DNA of 63,017 bases, filler included, from Sphacelaria rigidula (lineage: Eukaryota), in assembly GCA_964200075.2 (NCBI GenBank). It is 10 parts of 10 records of this genome, joined end to end, with 100 filler letters (N's around TTAATTAATTAA, not from the genome) between each part and the next. Parts side by side here need not be neighbours in the genome. Positions count along the whole stretch, not along the records: positions 50,496 to 56,706 come from CAXNAA020021486.1; positions 56,807 to 63,017 come from CAXNAA020021487.1; 8 more parts are not named here. The stretch is one strand, 5' to 3'. Of this stretch, positions 51,196-63,017 are shown one piece after another; the first letter of the stretch is position 1; each line of letters opens with the position of its first letter. Below the pieces are notes generated by a model. The model worked only from the letters and a program-made list of their open reading frames with translations. It searched no databases and had not been told where the DNA came from. The translations under genes and the position numbers were made by a program.

Positions 51196-51987
51196 TATAG
51201 TACCGTAGTGCAGGCAGTAGTCAGTAGTCATACCCTCTGCATCTGCATCCACTGACATGGACGTGCAGCTGCATGTGACCTCGAACCCTACAGTGAAAAC
51301 GGTATAGTACTGTCCTGTATTGGCAAAGCACAGCCACCTACTGTGCTCGCGAGTACAGCCCGTGCTTGTAACCTGGCAGAGTACAGCCCTGTCTAAGTAG
51401 TACAAGATAACAAGTACAGGCTACAGCTGTGTCGTGTTTGCGCAGCATAGCCTATAGTTGTAATGTTACTGTTCGCAAAATCCACGGCCTGTATTGTGAA
51501 TACTCTTGCATGCTGCAACACCCTGGCACTGATTGTAGTACTTTTATACCGTAAAGTCTACATCGTACAGTATGTTTTGTGCCCATCATCTCGAGGAAAA
51601 AAAACTCATCCATGGCACCACCGGATGATGAAAGATCGAAGTGGGTGTTTTCCGTCGTGCTCAACATTGACTCGTGCTGGCTGGACTTCGGTACTCCGTC
51701 GGTCCTCTGTGTGAGTGTCTCTGCTGTATGCCGGTCGCCCCGGTGGCTCAGTTTGTATCCTCGAAACCTTCTGACCTTCTATGCGTGTAGCTGTGTTCAT
51801 GTGAACTATGTGCGTGCTGTTGGGCTGTACTCGCGAGCACAGTAGGTGGCTGTGCTTTGCCAATACAGTACAGTACTATACCGGTTTCACTGTAGGGTTC
51901 GAGATCACATGCAGCTGCACGTCCATGGCAGTGGACGCAGATGCAGAGGATATGACTACTGACTACTGCCTGCACTACGGTACTATA
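51196..51987. repeat. Inverted repeat with ~166-bp highly similar arms
   Basis: 51196-51361 is the reverse complement of 51822-51987 with few mismatches. Confidence 0.92.
51731..51775 (+). mobile_element. tRNA-derived SINE head fragment
   Basis: CCGGTCGCCCCGGTGGCTCAG...TCGAAACCTTCTGAC. Confidence 0.7.
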
Positions 51988-52787
51988 GTACAGTACCCTC
52001 AGGCCGCAAACGTAGTCCATCTGGAGTTTGCCCACTTTTTTCAAGTGAAACTGATGCCGATTTAACAGATGACCAACTCTCGTTGTCCGAGGGTTGCCTC
52101 AACACGTGGGCAAACTGAAGCTTCCATGTGTTGAAGCTTCAAGTGCCTGTACTGTACAGCTGTGATGAGTTTAGGCCGGAACTGCAGAAAGCATATTGGG
52201 CCTCGTAGCGGGGCTTTTCGCAACTGAAACGATTCATGCACTAATTGACCGATTTTCACTCTCGATCATATGTACAAAATTTGACTTGACCCTTTGATCG
52301 CGAGGAGGCATCATTCTCACTTGAAACAGGTATGTGTAATGCAGAAGGACTATCCGCATCACGGTTCAACCCTTGGACGGTGGGCATAGTTCATCTGTCG
52401 AATCAGCATCAATATATATTGAAAAATGAATGCACGGTCAGATTTCAAAAATAGTTACGGGCAGACCTTCATTCTAGAGTAGAAGGGCCCAGCCGAGACC
52501 ACTCCAGTTTCACCGGCGAAATCCGAGACGGCAACGTCACAAACACCGGGATAAATTGAAAATGGAAGCGCCCTGGACTCAGGGCAATCTATATATAATG
52601 TTACACCAATATGTATTGTGACCGTACGTTGCCTTGTGTTTTGTTCGCCCAAAATATTTTGGACGCGTTGACGCACGGCATATTGGGGCGGAAATAAATG
52701 TTGTCGCTTCGGACAGCACGGCGTTAGCCTCGTCCGGTTTGCACGTACTGGCTGCGGATGCCTATTGCTGTCCTCGGTGTTGATCAC

Positions 52788-53142
52788 GACACTTTCCTCG
52801 ATAGCCCCCCCCCCCAAAACCAGCCCAAAAGTGTCACGAAAACAATGGCCATACAGTGCCTGCTGTTTGGGTTCAGGCTGAATGAAGCGCCTCATATTGG
52901 CAACATTGGCAAGAACGAACCCAAGCGTGGCTGCTCGTTGTGCTTGGCTTTTCCCATTTCGATTTACGTTCAGATTTTGCCTCCCAAAACCATGCACTCT
53001 TGGGGGGAGGGAGGGGGGGGGGGGGGGCGTACTCATTTGTTGCTTGCCTTCGTCATTTGNNNNNNNNNGGACGTGCCCGAGAGTCATAGTCGGGCGTGGG
53101 GGGGGGGGGGGGGGGGGGGGGGGGGCTATCGTAAAACGTGTC
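52788..53142. mobile_element. MITE (GACAC family) with 4-bp TSD TCAC, carrying a C-tailed LINE end in its G-tract
   Basis: TCAC|GACACTTTCCTCGATAGCCCC ... GGGGCTATCGTAAAACGTGTC|TCAC; interior matches 38663-38914. Confidence 0.8.
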
Positions 53143-53143
53143 T

Positions 53144-53395
53144 CACACCCTGTACAATGCAACATGTGACACAAATCGCCCGTTCAAAATGTCGACGCGT
53201 CGGGTGATTAGTCATATTGGACAAACAATATGATGGCACGAGAGAGGGTCAATACATATTGTGACATCAGTATATCTAGGCGCACCATAATCAATTTATA
53301 TCGACCGAACAAAACATCACTACACGCGCCACCTCAATATATATTGACCGAGTGTTATGTTGGTGCGGTTAGGCACGGCACCAACATATATATAC
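53144..53395. mobile_element. TIR + subterminal region of the CAC/CAATATATATTG family
   Basis: CACACCCTGTACAATGCAACATGT, then the reverse complement of ~35685-35900. Confidence 0.75.
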
Positions 53396-53459
53396 TTGCT
53401 CCAGCCGCCACCTCCCGCCCGACTCGGTTCTGACGGCAACGGCGGCGGCTGCACTGTCT

Positions 53460-54840
53460 TCAGCGCTGTCGTGCCTGTCCCCTGGAACCGACACATGGTG
53501 AGCGACCTTTTCGCCCTCTTCGACAGCAGTACCGGCAGCAGGTCCGCATCGTTTGTCCTAGACGCGGGCGCGGCGTGCGCTTTCGGGGACGACCAACACC
53601 CCGGCCACAAGTAGCTGTAGTGCCAGGGCCGTGCACCACACCCGAAGATGGCTCCTGACATGATGTCCTGTGCGCGTCATCGCTCGCGTATGACGTGTTT
53701 GTGCGCAGTGGGGACGACAATCGCTCGTGCCCAACATCACGTGCATAACTCGAGGATGTTGCACAGAGACATATCACGATATGTTCGTGCATGATATTTG
53801 AAACCGCTGGCACCTCGAGAACATTCAAGTCCATGCCACGCGTGTTCACTTCGTGTACCTCACGCACACAATTCTCATGCTGCCGTAAGAACTTGGTGGA
53901 TATCTCTTCACCAAGCATGTGGTCGTCGTGTGGCATATCCCTCACCCACCAACGGACAACACGGCCATTGATGGCGACATAATGCTGCACCTCCTCACCT
54001 TGAGCAGCCGAACAAGCATTTCTGCTCAATCCACGTTTCTCTCAAAGCGCCGAGTCACCACGACATGCGCATCGTGCGATGCGTATCGTGCGTACCGTAA
54101 ACGTGCACACTGCAACACGTCGACAGCGTTTCTACCAAACTGTTCCGACACCCCGATCACGGAAAAAACCCACCGTGCAACGACCATACCACTTCTTCTC
54201 CAGTAGGCTCCACCACGCCTTGGAGTCCTCGGATCTCTCCTCTTTTCCGCGGTTGGCCAACCTTGAATCAGCTTCGACGTGACACTCCGTTCCCACGCAC
54301 GCAGTATTTGCGCCGCGTTTGTGATCTGCTATCGGGGCACGCCACCTATTATTGATGAAGCCCTATGCCCTCTGTACTGTGATACCACAGCGCGCCCTGA
54401 AAGTACTTCAGAATCTCCTCGGCTCTGCTCGAGCCAGCCCCTCTCGTTGTAGACACACCCTGAGCTGGTCTCGCTTCCTGCGAGCTAATAAGGTGCGCAT
54501 ACCCCTCCTTGACTTGATGCAGCAGCCGTGTAACAGCGGATCTAATAAACGTTTCTCATGGAGTACTGGATACTCACGGCTAGTGAGCCGCGCGGAACCC
54601 TCCCAAGATGGGCACGTACACTTGGGCGGCCGCAGTTCATCATATGGTAACCATAGCTGTTCATTATAACGGAGGGCAGCATTTCAGCTGCTCCTCCTAC
54701 AGAGTCAGGAAACGACCTCATGCCATCAAGGTTAATTACTCACGGAGTCGACCGATCATACCCGCAGTCCCGCGATCCACCAACCAGCCGGGCAGATACC
54801 TACCGCACTTGTCCCGACTGTGTTCGTATACCAAGCCTAG
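53460..54840 (-). pseudogene. Degenerate Cys-rich coding relic, probable transposon ORF
   Basis: Homologous copy at 12830-13410; KCTCPSW and VCTFTVRTIRIARCAC motifs; stops and frameshifts. Confidence 0.45.
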
Positions 54841-54995
54841 GTAACAATAGTGGCTTTCTACAAACGCCACCAGCGGTACGTAAAGAAAAGTACTAGTACA
54901 CAATTCGTCGCCGATGCCTCCCGAACGGAATTATCTCTTCGGTCACATCACCCTCGCTTCCTGATGACTCCTCATTCCTCGCGCATACATGACAG

Positions 54996-55337
54996 GTATT
55001 GGAGTGCCTGCGCTTAGACTCTGCTGTACACTCCATCACGACTCTGTGGGATGGCCATAAAATCAACCCTGTCGGTAATGATATCTGCGATCATCATTCT
55101 ACCGTTAGCGATCGATCGGGGCTTCCCACAGGCGAGCAAAACGAGGGGCGAACCGCGGCGTCCACCGTGGGTCCAGTGACAACCTCGGGGGGCCAGGCCG
55201 CTGTGGAAGGGGGCGTTGCCGTGAAGACGACCGGGCCGGGAGAGTCGGCGGTGATACACGCTGATGCGGTGGTGGTGGCAGTGCCGCTATCGCTTCTTCA
55301 GAGGGGTGCGATTGAGTTCGACCCACCGTTTCCCGAG
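54996..55337 (+). CDS. Internal exon of a flavin-containing amine oxidase (LSD1/polyamine oxidase family)
   Basis: CAG acceptor, GAG|GTGCGT donor; LRLDSAVHSI...ADAVVVAVPLSLLQRGAIEFDPPFPE. Confidence 0.9.
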
Positions 55338-55566
55338 GTGCGTTTTCCCTCGCTTTTGGCATAGGGTTGTTTGATTTGTTGCTGCACAGGAGGTTGCAGT
55401 GGGAGGGATTGTCCGCCGTATGCCTATGCCGGTGCTCTACTTTTTGATCTAACCTGGCTCGATTTCCAACGCTGCTCATATTTTGCCTTGCTCTCATGAC
55501 CCTTGGTATTGCCGCGCGGATGCATCCTCACCCTTGCTGTCATTGTCACCGTTGAACGGTGCACAG

Positions 55567-56015
55567 AAGGCGATATCAGCTATTTCGCGCTTGCGGATGG
55601 GCCGCTACGAAAAGTTTATCGTCGAGTTCCGAAAAGCATTCTGGCCGGCTGACGTGCCGTTCATCGCGTGTTGTCCTCAGAGACCGTCGTTGCTTCCGGT
55701 ATCACTTCCTGACGACTGCCCCGACGCAAGCGCAACGACTTCATCTATATCTCCGGTTTTCCTGGAGAACTACTTGTGGTCCAAAGGTGTGCCGGTATTA
55801 GCAGCCGCCGTCAGCGGACAACGTGCGCGGGAAGTCTCCACGGAGTGCTGTTTGCATGCGGGCACGGTTCGTAAGGACTATCCAGTGGTTGATGCCACAG
55901 GCGAGGAGACCAGAGCCCTTGAGCTTTACAGGCGGCTTATCCTGCCTGCCATCCAGGATTCCTTTGGTGCCGGTGCCGGCACTATTCCAGAACCGGTGTC
56001 AATTGTCGTCACTGG
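55567..56015 (+). CDS. Next exon of the amine oxidase
   Basis: Phase-0 join gives FDPPFPE-KAISAISRLRMGRYEKFIVEFRKAFWP; ends IPEPVSIVVT-G|GTGAGG, just before the expected W..DP motif. Confidence 0.9.
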
Positions 56016-56064
56016 GTGAGGTGGACGGAGGTGCCCATACAGGGGTGGGCGGGGGGGGTGAGAG

Positions 56065-56605
56065 CGTACTCATTTGTTGCTTGCCTTAGTCGTTTGACCA
56101 TTTGACTACGCATCCCTTTCGAGACGAAGCACCGCTGTTACTCATGATGTATTTTTAGTTGTTCATTACGTTTCTTCCATACATTGCACAGTAATTTCTG
56201 ACGTATCTTAGCCCCGCCCTGTTTTACCGTCTGTGGCCACCATGTATTTCCTAGTATAACGATCGTGTTCTCGCTCCTGTCTAATGCGTCAAAAGGTTCC
56301 CCACCTCGTTCACGTCCCGCAATTTCCCCTTTAGCACGTCCCGTTCCTCCTTGTATAGTTCACATTCTGCAACTAAATGAGTGCGGCTCTCTATTGCCTT
56401 GCCACAGGGGCAGTTATGTGCATCTGCTTCCTCCTCCACACGACAACTGGTACATCTCTTTCTTCTTCCTGGCAGGTCCAGGTCTCCCACCCGAAATCGC
56501 AGTTTCAATTTATAGGCCGCGTCCATGGGTCCATGCAGATATGTTTTCATCTGTATCCCCTTTCTCCACCACCCGTATATCTCCAGGTGTTCTTCCTCGT
56601 CTACT
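56065..56605 (-). mobile_element. LINE ORF2 C-terminus with CCHC zinc finger and the C-tail-type 3' end, in an intron
   Basis: CPCGKAIESRTHLVAEC; TWWPQTVKQ...LCNVWKKRNE; ends KASNK* GTACGC. Confidence 0.8.
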
Positions 56606-56637
56606 TTGCATCTGAGCGTTCATTTTTCCCTTACAGG

Positions 56638-56706
56638 TTGTGTGTTGTGTGTGTTGTCGTCCCATTTATTCTGGGCACCAGTCTGCACCTTTCGGTGTAT
56701 GTGGGT
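56638..56706 (-). repeat. Dispersed repeat shared with 15075-15152
   Basis: Direct sequence match. Confidence 0.65.
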
Positions 56707-56806
56707 NNNNNNNNNNNNNNNNNNNNNNNNNNNNNNNNNNNNNNNNNNNNTTAATTAATTAANNNNNNNNNNNNNNNNNNNNNNNNNNNNNNNNNNNNNN
56801 NNNNNN
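56707..56806. other. Artificial contig linker
   Basis: Same 100-bp spacer. Confidence 0.98.
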
Positions 56807-58338
56807 ATTGCAGAAAGCATGTTGGGCCTCGGGGAAGTGCATTTCGGAACTGAAACGATGCATTCACTGATTGACAGCTTTTCACTCTCAATCGTATCAT
56901 TTACTCTCAATCCCACGAAAACACTGTTAGTTGCCGTCGTCGGTGTGAATGTATACCATGTCTTTACCACCGGTGGGGACGGTCATGTGGTGGTACGCAG
57001 TGCTGACGCCGGTGTCCACGCCACACGCAAGGCAGAGGAAGGAGACCTGGTTCTTGGCGCCCTTCGGCACTGGACCCGTTCCCTCGGATACAGAGGCATG
57101 GTTGATGCACACAGAGCAACTGTTGATATCGAACGGATCGGGAGGAGGACGAAGGGATGGTTCCCGAAAATACAGCGAGGAATGTACGTAAGGAAACATA
57201 GTTGAACCGTGAGCGAATGCGTGACCAAACGGGTGTCGGAAGCAGTGATGTCAAGTGGTTGGAGAAAGCAAGAAGTTGAATAATAGACTGCTTGCGATAA
57301 TCACGGTACGAGCTGAGCTAGTCTGAAGCATCTTTGGGCGGCTGACCACCTTTGCACGGCCCGTCTCAGAGCCGAAAGCTGAAATTTGAGAGGTACCCCT
57401 TGATAACCTTACCGTGGTAAAACCACCGGCCTGTGAGTAATTTCGGCATTTTCTACCGTCATATTTCGAGTATAGGACCGAGAGGAAGAATCAAGAACAG
57501 CATGTGGAAGTGAGTTGTATTACGCAAAACACAAAGACGGTGGGAGATCCTCTTCTAGCGAACCGTTTTCCATGTGTGTTGAATCGCGGGCTGAATTTGG
57601 ATGATGTCACTTTCTATGGGAAAGTACATCGACCACATGCATAAATTGGGCTGGGAACTCGATCAGTTAATACTTTCTATTTCCGCTGTAACTTGAGTTA
57701 AACTGGGAATGACGACGAGAGCGCCAGTTGCCCAGTTTATCTGGGGTTTTGTCGTGGCCGGGTGCTTTTAAAATCCAGTAATGGGCGGTCTAACTGTTCA
57801 GCGGGGTTTGGGGGTATTCCCCGCGGACTTCTCTTCGATAGAACTCGAAGTTGCTAGCGTCGGTAGATTTGGTACAATGAATAGATCGTCCTCGAAACAC
57901 AGTGCCCGAATCAGTGCTAGTTGGTGCTATTGGGCGAAACGAGTGAACACCCCGTTCATCAGGAGGGTGTTATTGGCCGTGAAACACAGTTTTGCGGCTC
58001 TAGTGCCATGAATAAGCAGAATTTAAAAATGTGTAGAACGTTTTAGAAATGTGATCGGGACAGGCTCGATTGGCCGAAAATACCGAGGAGTAAGAATTTG
58101 GCCTGAAACGTCGTAGGACCCCCGATGACGGTTTAGTCCGTAGGTCACTAGATATTGAGTATAGATGGGTTTTTTTTTTTAATATGGAGCGGATACAAAT
58201 ATATTTAGGCCCCCAATGTGAGCAGCGGTGGCAAGCGAAAAGAGCTCGAGAAAATCGCCGATTACGAAGAAATCACAAAATGCCTCAAAATGAACAGCTA
58301 GACCGCCCACTACTGTTGTAGTTTATATTGGGGTAATC

Positions 58339-59290
58339 CTATTTCCAAGTCGCGACTTGGAAATAGTTATGTCCACCACCAGCTTCGATTGGACTGCCTG
58401 CCCGCGTTCGCCTCATGTGCCTTGCATCGACACCACAACACCTGCAATACACTCACACAGTCCGTGGCCACCGTTCAAGCAATCGCATGGTCAAAACGGC
58501 CTCGTAGCGACCTAGAAACGCGCCTGCTGCACAGTGCTGAAACAAATACTCCCGCCCGGCTGAAGGTGGGCATAAGCCAAGTCCAAGTCGGGACTTGGAA
58601 ATAACCATGTCCACCACCAGCTTCGATTTGACTACCTGCCCGCGTTCGTCCCATCTGCCTTGCATCGACACCACAACACCTGCAATACACTCACACAGAT
58701 CGTACATGCCGTAGCCACCGTTCAAGCCATCGCACGGTCAAAACGACCTCGTAGCGGACGAGAAACGCGCCTGCTGAACAGTGCCAAAAAGAAACCACCG
58801 CCCGGCTGGACGTGGACATGAGCTACCATGTACAAGTCACGACTTGGACACAGCTTATGTCCACCTCCATCGATTGGAATACCTGTCCGCACTCGTCCCA
58901 TGTGCCTTGCATCGACACTACAGCACCTGCAATGCACTCACACAGTCCGTAGCCACCGTTCAGGCCATCGCACGAAGCAAACGACCTCGGAGCGGACGAG
59001 AAACGCGCTGCTGCACAGTGACAAAAAATATCGCCGCCAGACTGGAGGTGGACATAGCTCATGTCCAACTCCAGCGATTGGAATACCTGTCCGCGCTCGT
59101 TCCATGTGCCTTGTATCAACACCACAACATCCGCAATACACTCACACAGCCCGTAGCCACCGTTCAGGCCATCGCACGGAGCAAACGACCTCGTAGCGGA
59201 CGAGAAACGCCCCTGCTGCACAGTGACAAAAAATACCGCCGCCAGACTGGAGGTGGACATACCTATTTCCGAGTCGCGACTTGGAAATAG
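58339..59290. repeat. Tandem array of four ~200-215-bp units, punctuated and bounded by a 28-bp palindrome
   Basis: CTATTTCCAAGTCGCGACTTGGAAATAG at 58339-58366, one-mismatch copy at 59263-59290, degenerate copies at ~58580 and ~58830. Confidence 0.9.
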
Positions 59291-60129
59291 CATCACCTTT
59301 TTCATGGTGAATATATGACAAAAAAACAAAATATAATCAGACTGCACGATTGAAGTCTGCCCTCTACAGTAGTACCGGTACCACCAACTTCGTTGGTACC
59401 TTGTTGTTCTGCAGTTTTTCATATATCGACCATAGAGGGTAGGTCAAGGGTTGGTCAGTCGAATGAGGAAAATGAAGAAATAAGTAAGAAGTGTGACTTC
59501 TTCACGGTAGGACGCTTGATGCGGAAGTGCCGAACACCAAACCCTAATTGCCAATTGCATGGTGAAGATCATGCTGAACATGATGCAGTACATGCACACT
59601 ACACCACCTCGAATTGATGCAGCAAATATATACGTCATCCCAAAAACAAATACAGACGGTGACCCGCGATCGAAAAATACACATTCTACAGAACGACATG
59701 CGTGTTTTCCGGTTCAGACGTGGAATATTCCGCACCCTTGTCCACAGGTACTGCTAGCGTTGGCTTACTTGTTCCCATCCTCCGCTCCTCATGGAGAGTT
59801 TCTGCTGCTGCATACTACAGATGGATGATTTTCGAGTAGCTCACTCACCACGTTGAATGACATTTTTGAGCAGTACAAGTCTCTCAGGTGGTCAATGTGA
59901 GTGGTTACAGGTTTTACAACTTTTCACGATTTTGAAGGGGAAGTAAGTCAAACACAGTGGTTTTTCTTGTCTCGGGCGGCGCTCCCGCACGCCCCCCCTC
60001 ACCAGCCGAGGGGGGCGATCAATTGGAAAAACATCGATGTATCGGCCACTGGCACGGCCAGTTCAAACCTATTTGACTAGAGCTGCTTGTTTACAGCCCT
60101 AGAAACAATGCTGTTTTTTTTTAGGGTTA

Positions 60130-60595
60130 GCATATGTTCGGTAGGGTATGAGAGTGTTTACAGAGCTTACAGAACTAACGGGTACCGGCATGAAATTCGC
60201 ACAGGGGTTACAGAACCTATCGGGTACGTATACGAGGCTTACACAGAATCCAGACCATGTGAGGTGAGGAATGAATTTTGCGCAGAAAATCGAACCCGCA
60301 CCCGAGTGTTTTTAAAGGGTATGACCTTACCCGGGTAGGGGTGAACCTTGTGTACAGAAAATACAAACCTGTCAGATGAGGGTATGGGGGAGGGGTACAA
60401 CGGTCATAGAACTATCGTGAACCGGTATGAAAGTATTACAGAAGTCACAGACCGATCGAGTAGGGGGGTTAACGTCTTTTACATCATTCACAGAAATATC
60501 GGGGAGAGCAATCAAAGCCTTACAGAAGCTACAGAACTGTCGGGTACCGGTATGAAAGTATTTTTAAGTCACATAACTGTCGGGTGGGGATAATA
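60130..60595. repeat. ACAGAA/CCGGTATG degenerate repeat family
   Basis: Recurrent ACAGAA..TCGGGTACCGGTATGAAAG, shared with 26290-26655 and 61030-61170. Confidence 0.65.
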
Positions 60596-60617
60596 CCTGG
60601 CAAGACACCCCAGATAT

Positions 60618-60628
60618 ACAACAACGAC

Positions 60629-60662
<34 letters not shown>

Positions 60663-60669
60663 ACAACAA
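60618..60669. repeat. (CAA)n microsatellite
   Basis: Seen directly. Confidence 0.95.
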
Positions 60670-61203
60670 TCGTATCAGTTACAACACAGGGATGGAAACC
60701 ACCATCATCAAATTCGATTACCTGCACCTTGCGACTTGATATCACTGGTGGCGCAGATGAAGCGCTCCCGCTCGATCCACCACTCGTGTCTAGGAATGAT
60801 CCACGCTGACGGCCTGCAGTGCTTTCCATGTTTCGCTTTTCCACTGAACGATACCCCTCGACCCGTCAGTGTACGTAACTTGAAAAACATATTTCGATGG
60901 GTGTATGATTTAAGTGAACGACGGGGGTTTGATTGATGGGGGTTAGCAAACAAATGCAAGTTATCACACTGCGGAAGGATTGGATCAATATTCACACCTC
61001 CTCCAGACATACACCCGTACTCTGCCTACATCGGATATACGCAAGGGAGTATTCCCTGACCCCGGGTTGGGGTTATGGGAGGCTTACAGTCCGTACAGAA
61101 TTGTCGACCACGGGTGTGATGGACTTATAGAACTTACAAAAGTGTCGGGTACCGGTATGAAAGTTTCACAGGGAGGACGGAATTGAAGGACACATAGTAG
61201 GAG

Positions 61204-61430
61204 CCGGTCGCCTCGGTGGCTCAAATGGTAACCTCGAAACCTTCTGACGGTTGGGACGTGGTTTCGAATCTCGGGAAGACCTGGGATTTTCTCTCACACA
61301 TGCCCAACAGTGGAGATCGATCGACAATGTCGTAAGTACACAAAGTTCGACTTTACGGTCGACGACGGGAGGAATCGCTGAACCCCGCTCTCGATAAAAA
61401 AAGGAAAGCGCCGCAAAAGAATGGTAAAGT
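61204..61430 (+). mobile_element. tRNA-derived SINE (head + body)
   Basis: A box TGGCTCAAATGG at 61217-61228, B box GTTTCGAATC at 61261-61270; head shared with 44185-44241 and 51731-51775. Confidence 0.8.
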
Positions 61431-61984
61431 CTTCGAAAGAAATAGGGCATAAAACCTCGTCTTAGCCTTCCCCCGTGCGGAAAATGTATATTCACCCATA
61501 TACGAGGAAATAAGAATCCATCCACACCTTCCATTATGACTGATCCTGCGTCGGGCTTTTTTTCGGGAGCCCACTTTTTCTAAATCTGAGGCGTTAGACC
61601 AACTTGTATGGCATACGATTCCGAATCTGGCGGGACCCCAATCTGTGCCAAATCGGGAGGACTCGGATTCGCGAAACCCGGATTCGTATGTACGCCTGTA
61701 TGTGTCATGGTTTCACAGATTTGTTGAACTTTATCTATACACGGAGAATCATATCCTGCAGTGGTGTGATGTCACAATGAAGCCGAAGAACAGGCAGGCA
61801 GTAAATCATATTTCAAGAGCAGAGCTCATCGTACCGTGGTACCTCAGGGTATAGTACAGCGCAGTACAATGCACAATCACAGTACACGGTAGTGTGTAGT
61901 AATACATAACGATGCAGTCGGTATTGCGAGAACACTGCACAGTGCGTAACAAGAGTTTACAAGTGCAGTGCCCTTCATCGCCCT

Positions 61985-62502
61985 TCAAGTACAATAACAG
62001 CAGAGTGAAGGATAGTACAGTACCGTTTGTTATGATGATACACACAGTAGCGCAGTGCAGCATAAATAATAACATTGCAGCAGGGTACGGCGTCAACACT
62101 TCTTATCTGCTTGTCAAACCCCGTGCGAAGCGCAGCTCTTCAAGCACAGATTGTTCAGTAGTGCATAAGTACAAATACAGGCTGTATCCGCGAACACAGT
62201 ACGTTACTCTACTTTCCCATAGAGTGCACACAGTACACGATACAGGTACACATGCTCTGAACACAAAAACTAGAACGAGTTAGTCAATCATTTGTTCGCG
62301 ACAACGGGGGCGGGCTCACATTCGGCATCAAGTACAGCGACAGCAGCGTGGAGAATAGTACAGTACCGTTTGTCATGATGATATACACAGTGGCACAGAG
62401 CAGCATAAAATATTACCATCGAAGCAGGGTATGGCATCAACACTTCTTATCCGCTTGTCAAACCCTGTGCGAAGCGCAGCTCTGCAAGCACATACTGTTC
62501 AG
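61985..62502. repeat. Direct repeat of ~175 bp, two copies ~343 bp apart
   Basis: ATAGTACAGTACCGTTTGT.ATGATGATA...GTGCGAAGCGCAGCTCT occurs twice. Confidence 0.85.
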
Positions 62503-63017
62503 CAGTGCAAGGTCGCACCTGTACAGTCTCAATTTGTCGCCGCGGAGGCCGAGAGACGTCCCTGCCCCCCGCGTACGTTGCGAGCAGAAGCATCCGTACG
62601 TTCGTCGTTTGTCGACACACCGAGAGTAGTTCGAATCAATCAGATCACGTACTTTAACACTCCCGTCACCTCAGCCACGGACAGCGTCACCACGCACAGC
62701 AAAGATAACGCAGTAAACAGCAATATAGCTGAACCTTCTCGAGGGTAAGCGAAGTGATTCGGAGAGCCAGTTTCTGCGTGTGATGCCTCCAACCTTCAGA
62801 AGTAACCTCCAAAGGTGCCTCGATTGAAGTTGCGACAGTCAAATCTGAGAAGTTCAATCAAGGCTCCACACGTGGACAGATAGCACTCTGTGGAGGGGGT
62901 CTACAGGGTTCGCGTACCCTGCGCAGTGTTTCTGGCGGGAATTGTACTGTACAGTGTTTTCCAGCGTAGCATAGGACGCTCGACAGGGTTTCCCTACAGT
63001 GGTCATGAAGAGTGTGC

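Noticed and set aside
56807..57200. MULE transposase relic (FPEAQHAFC on the minus strand)
   Set aside because: A single short motif at a contig edge with stops nearby; no catalytic residues traceable.
58339..59290. CRISPR array (28-bp palindromic repeat)
   Set aside because: The intervening ~205-bp segments are copies of one another, not unique spacers.
61204..61280. Functional tRNA gene
   Set aside because: No pairing acceptor stem; it continues into a repeat body and has multiple diverged copies, so it is a SINE head.
1..63017. Fanzor/TnpB, cas or giant-virus hallmark genes
   Set aside because: I looked for RuvC/zinc-finger, capsid, polB and recombinase motifs in the ORF track and recognised none.

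Overview
This is not a contiguous locus. It is ten unrelated eukaryotic contigs of nearly identical length (6212 bp x7, then 6211 bp x3), joined by an artificial 100-bp spacer (44 N + TTAATTAATTAA + 44 N), so adjacency across spacers means nothing. The DNA is repeat-rich and gene-poor. It looks like a photosynthetic stramenopile, probably a brown alga (inferred from signal peptide + Phe-type bipartite plastid presequences, long introns and the repeat content). Host genes: two exons of a flavin-containing amine oxidase (LSD1/PAO family) and a head-to-head pair of first exons that both encode apparent plastid-targeting presequences. Mobile DNA: a near-complete but degenerate Ty1/copia element, RTE-like LINE remnants, a tRNA-derived SINE, and many MITE/foldback elements with readable TIRs and TSDs. 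Two observations stand out. (1) A LINE plus SINE-like family ends in ATGAGTAC(G)-poly(C), and one copy has a target-site duplication containing a G-run, which suggests priming at poly(G) tracts. (2) A CAC...GTG TIR element is packed with CAATATATATTG palindromes, and one of its termini adjoins a degenerate Cys-rich coding relic. Most ORFs in the six-frame track are spurious. All alignments were done by eye and boundaries of degenerate repeats are approximate.
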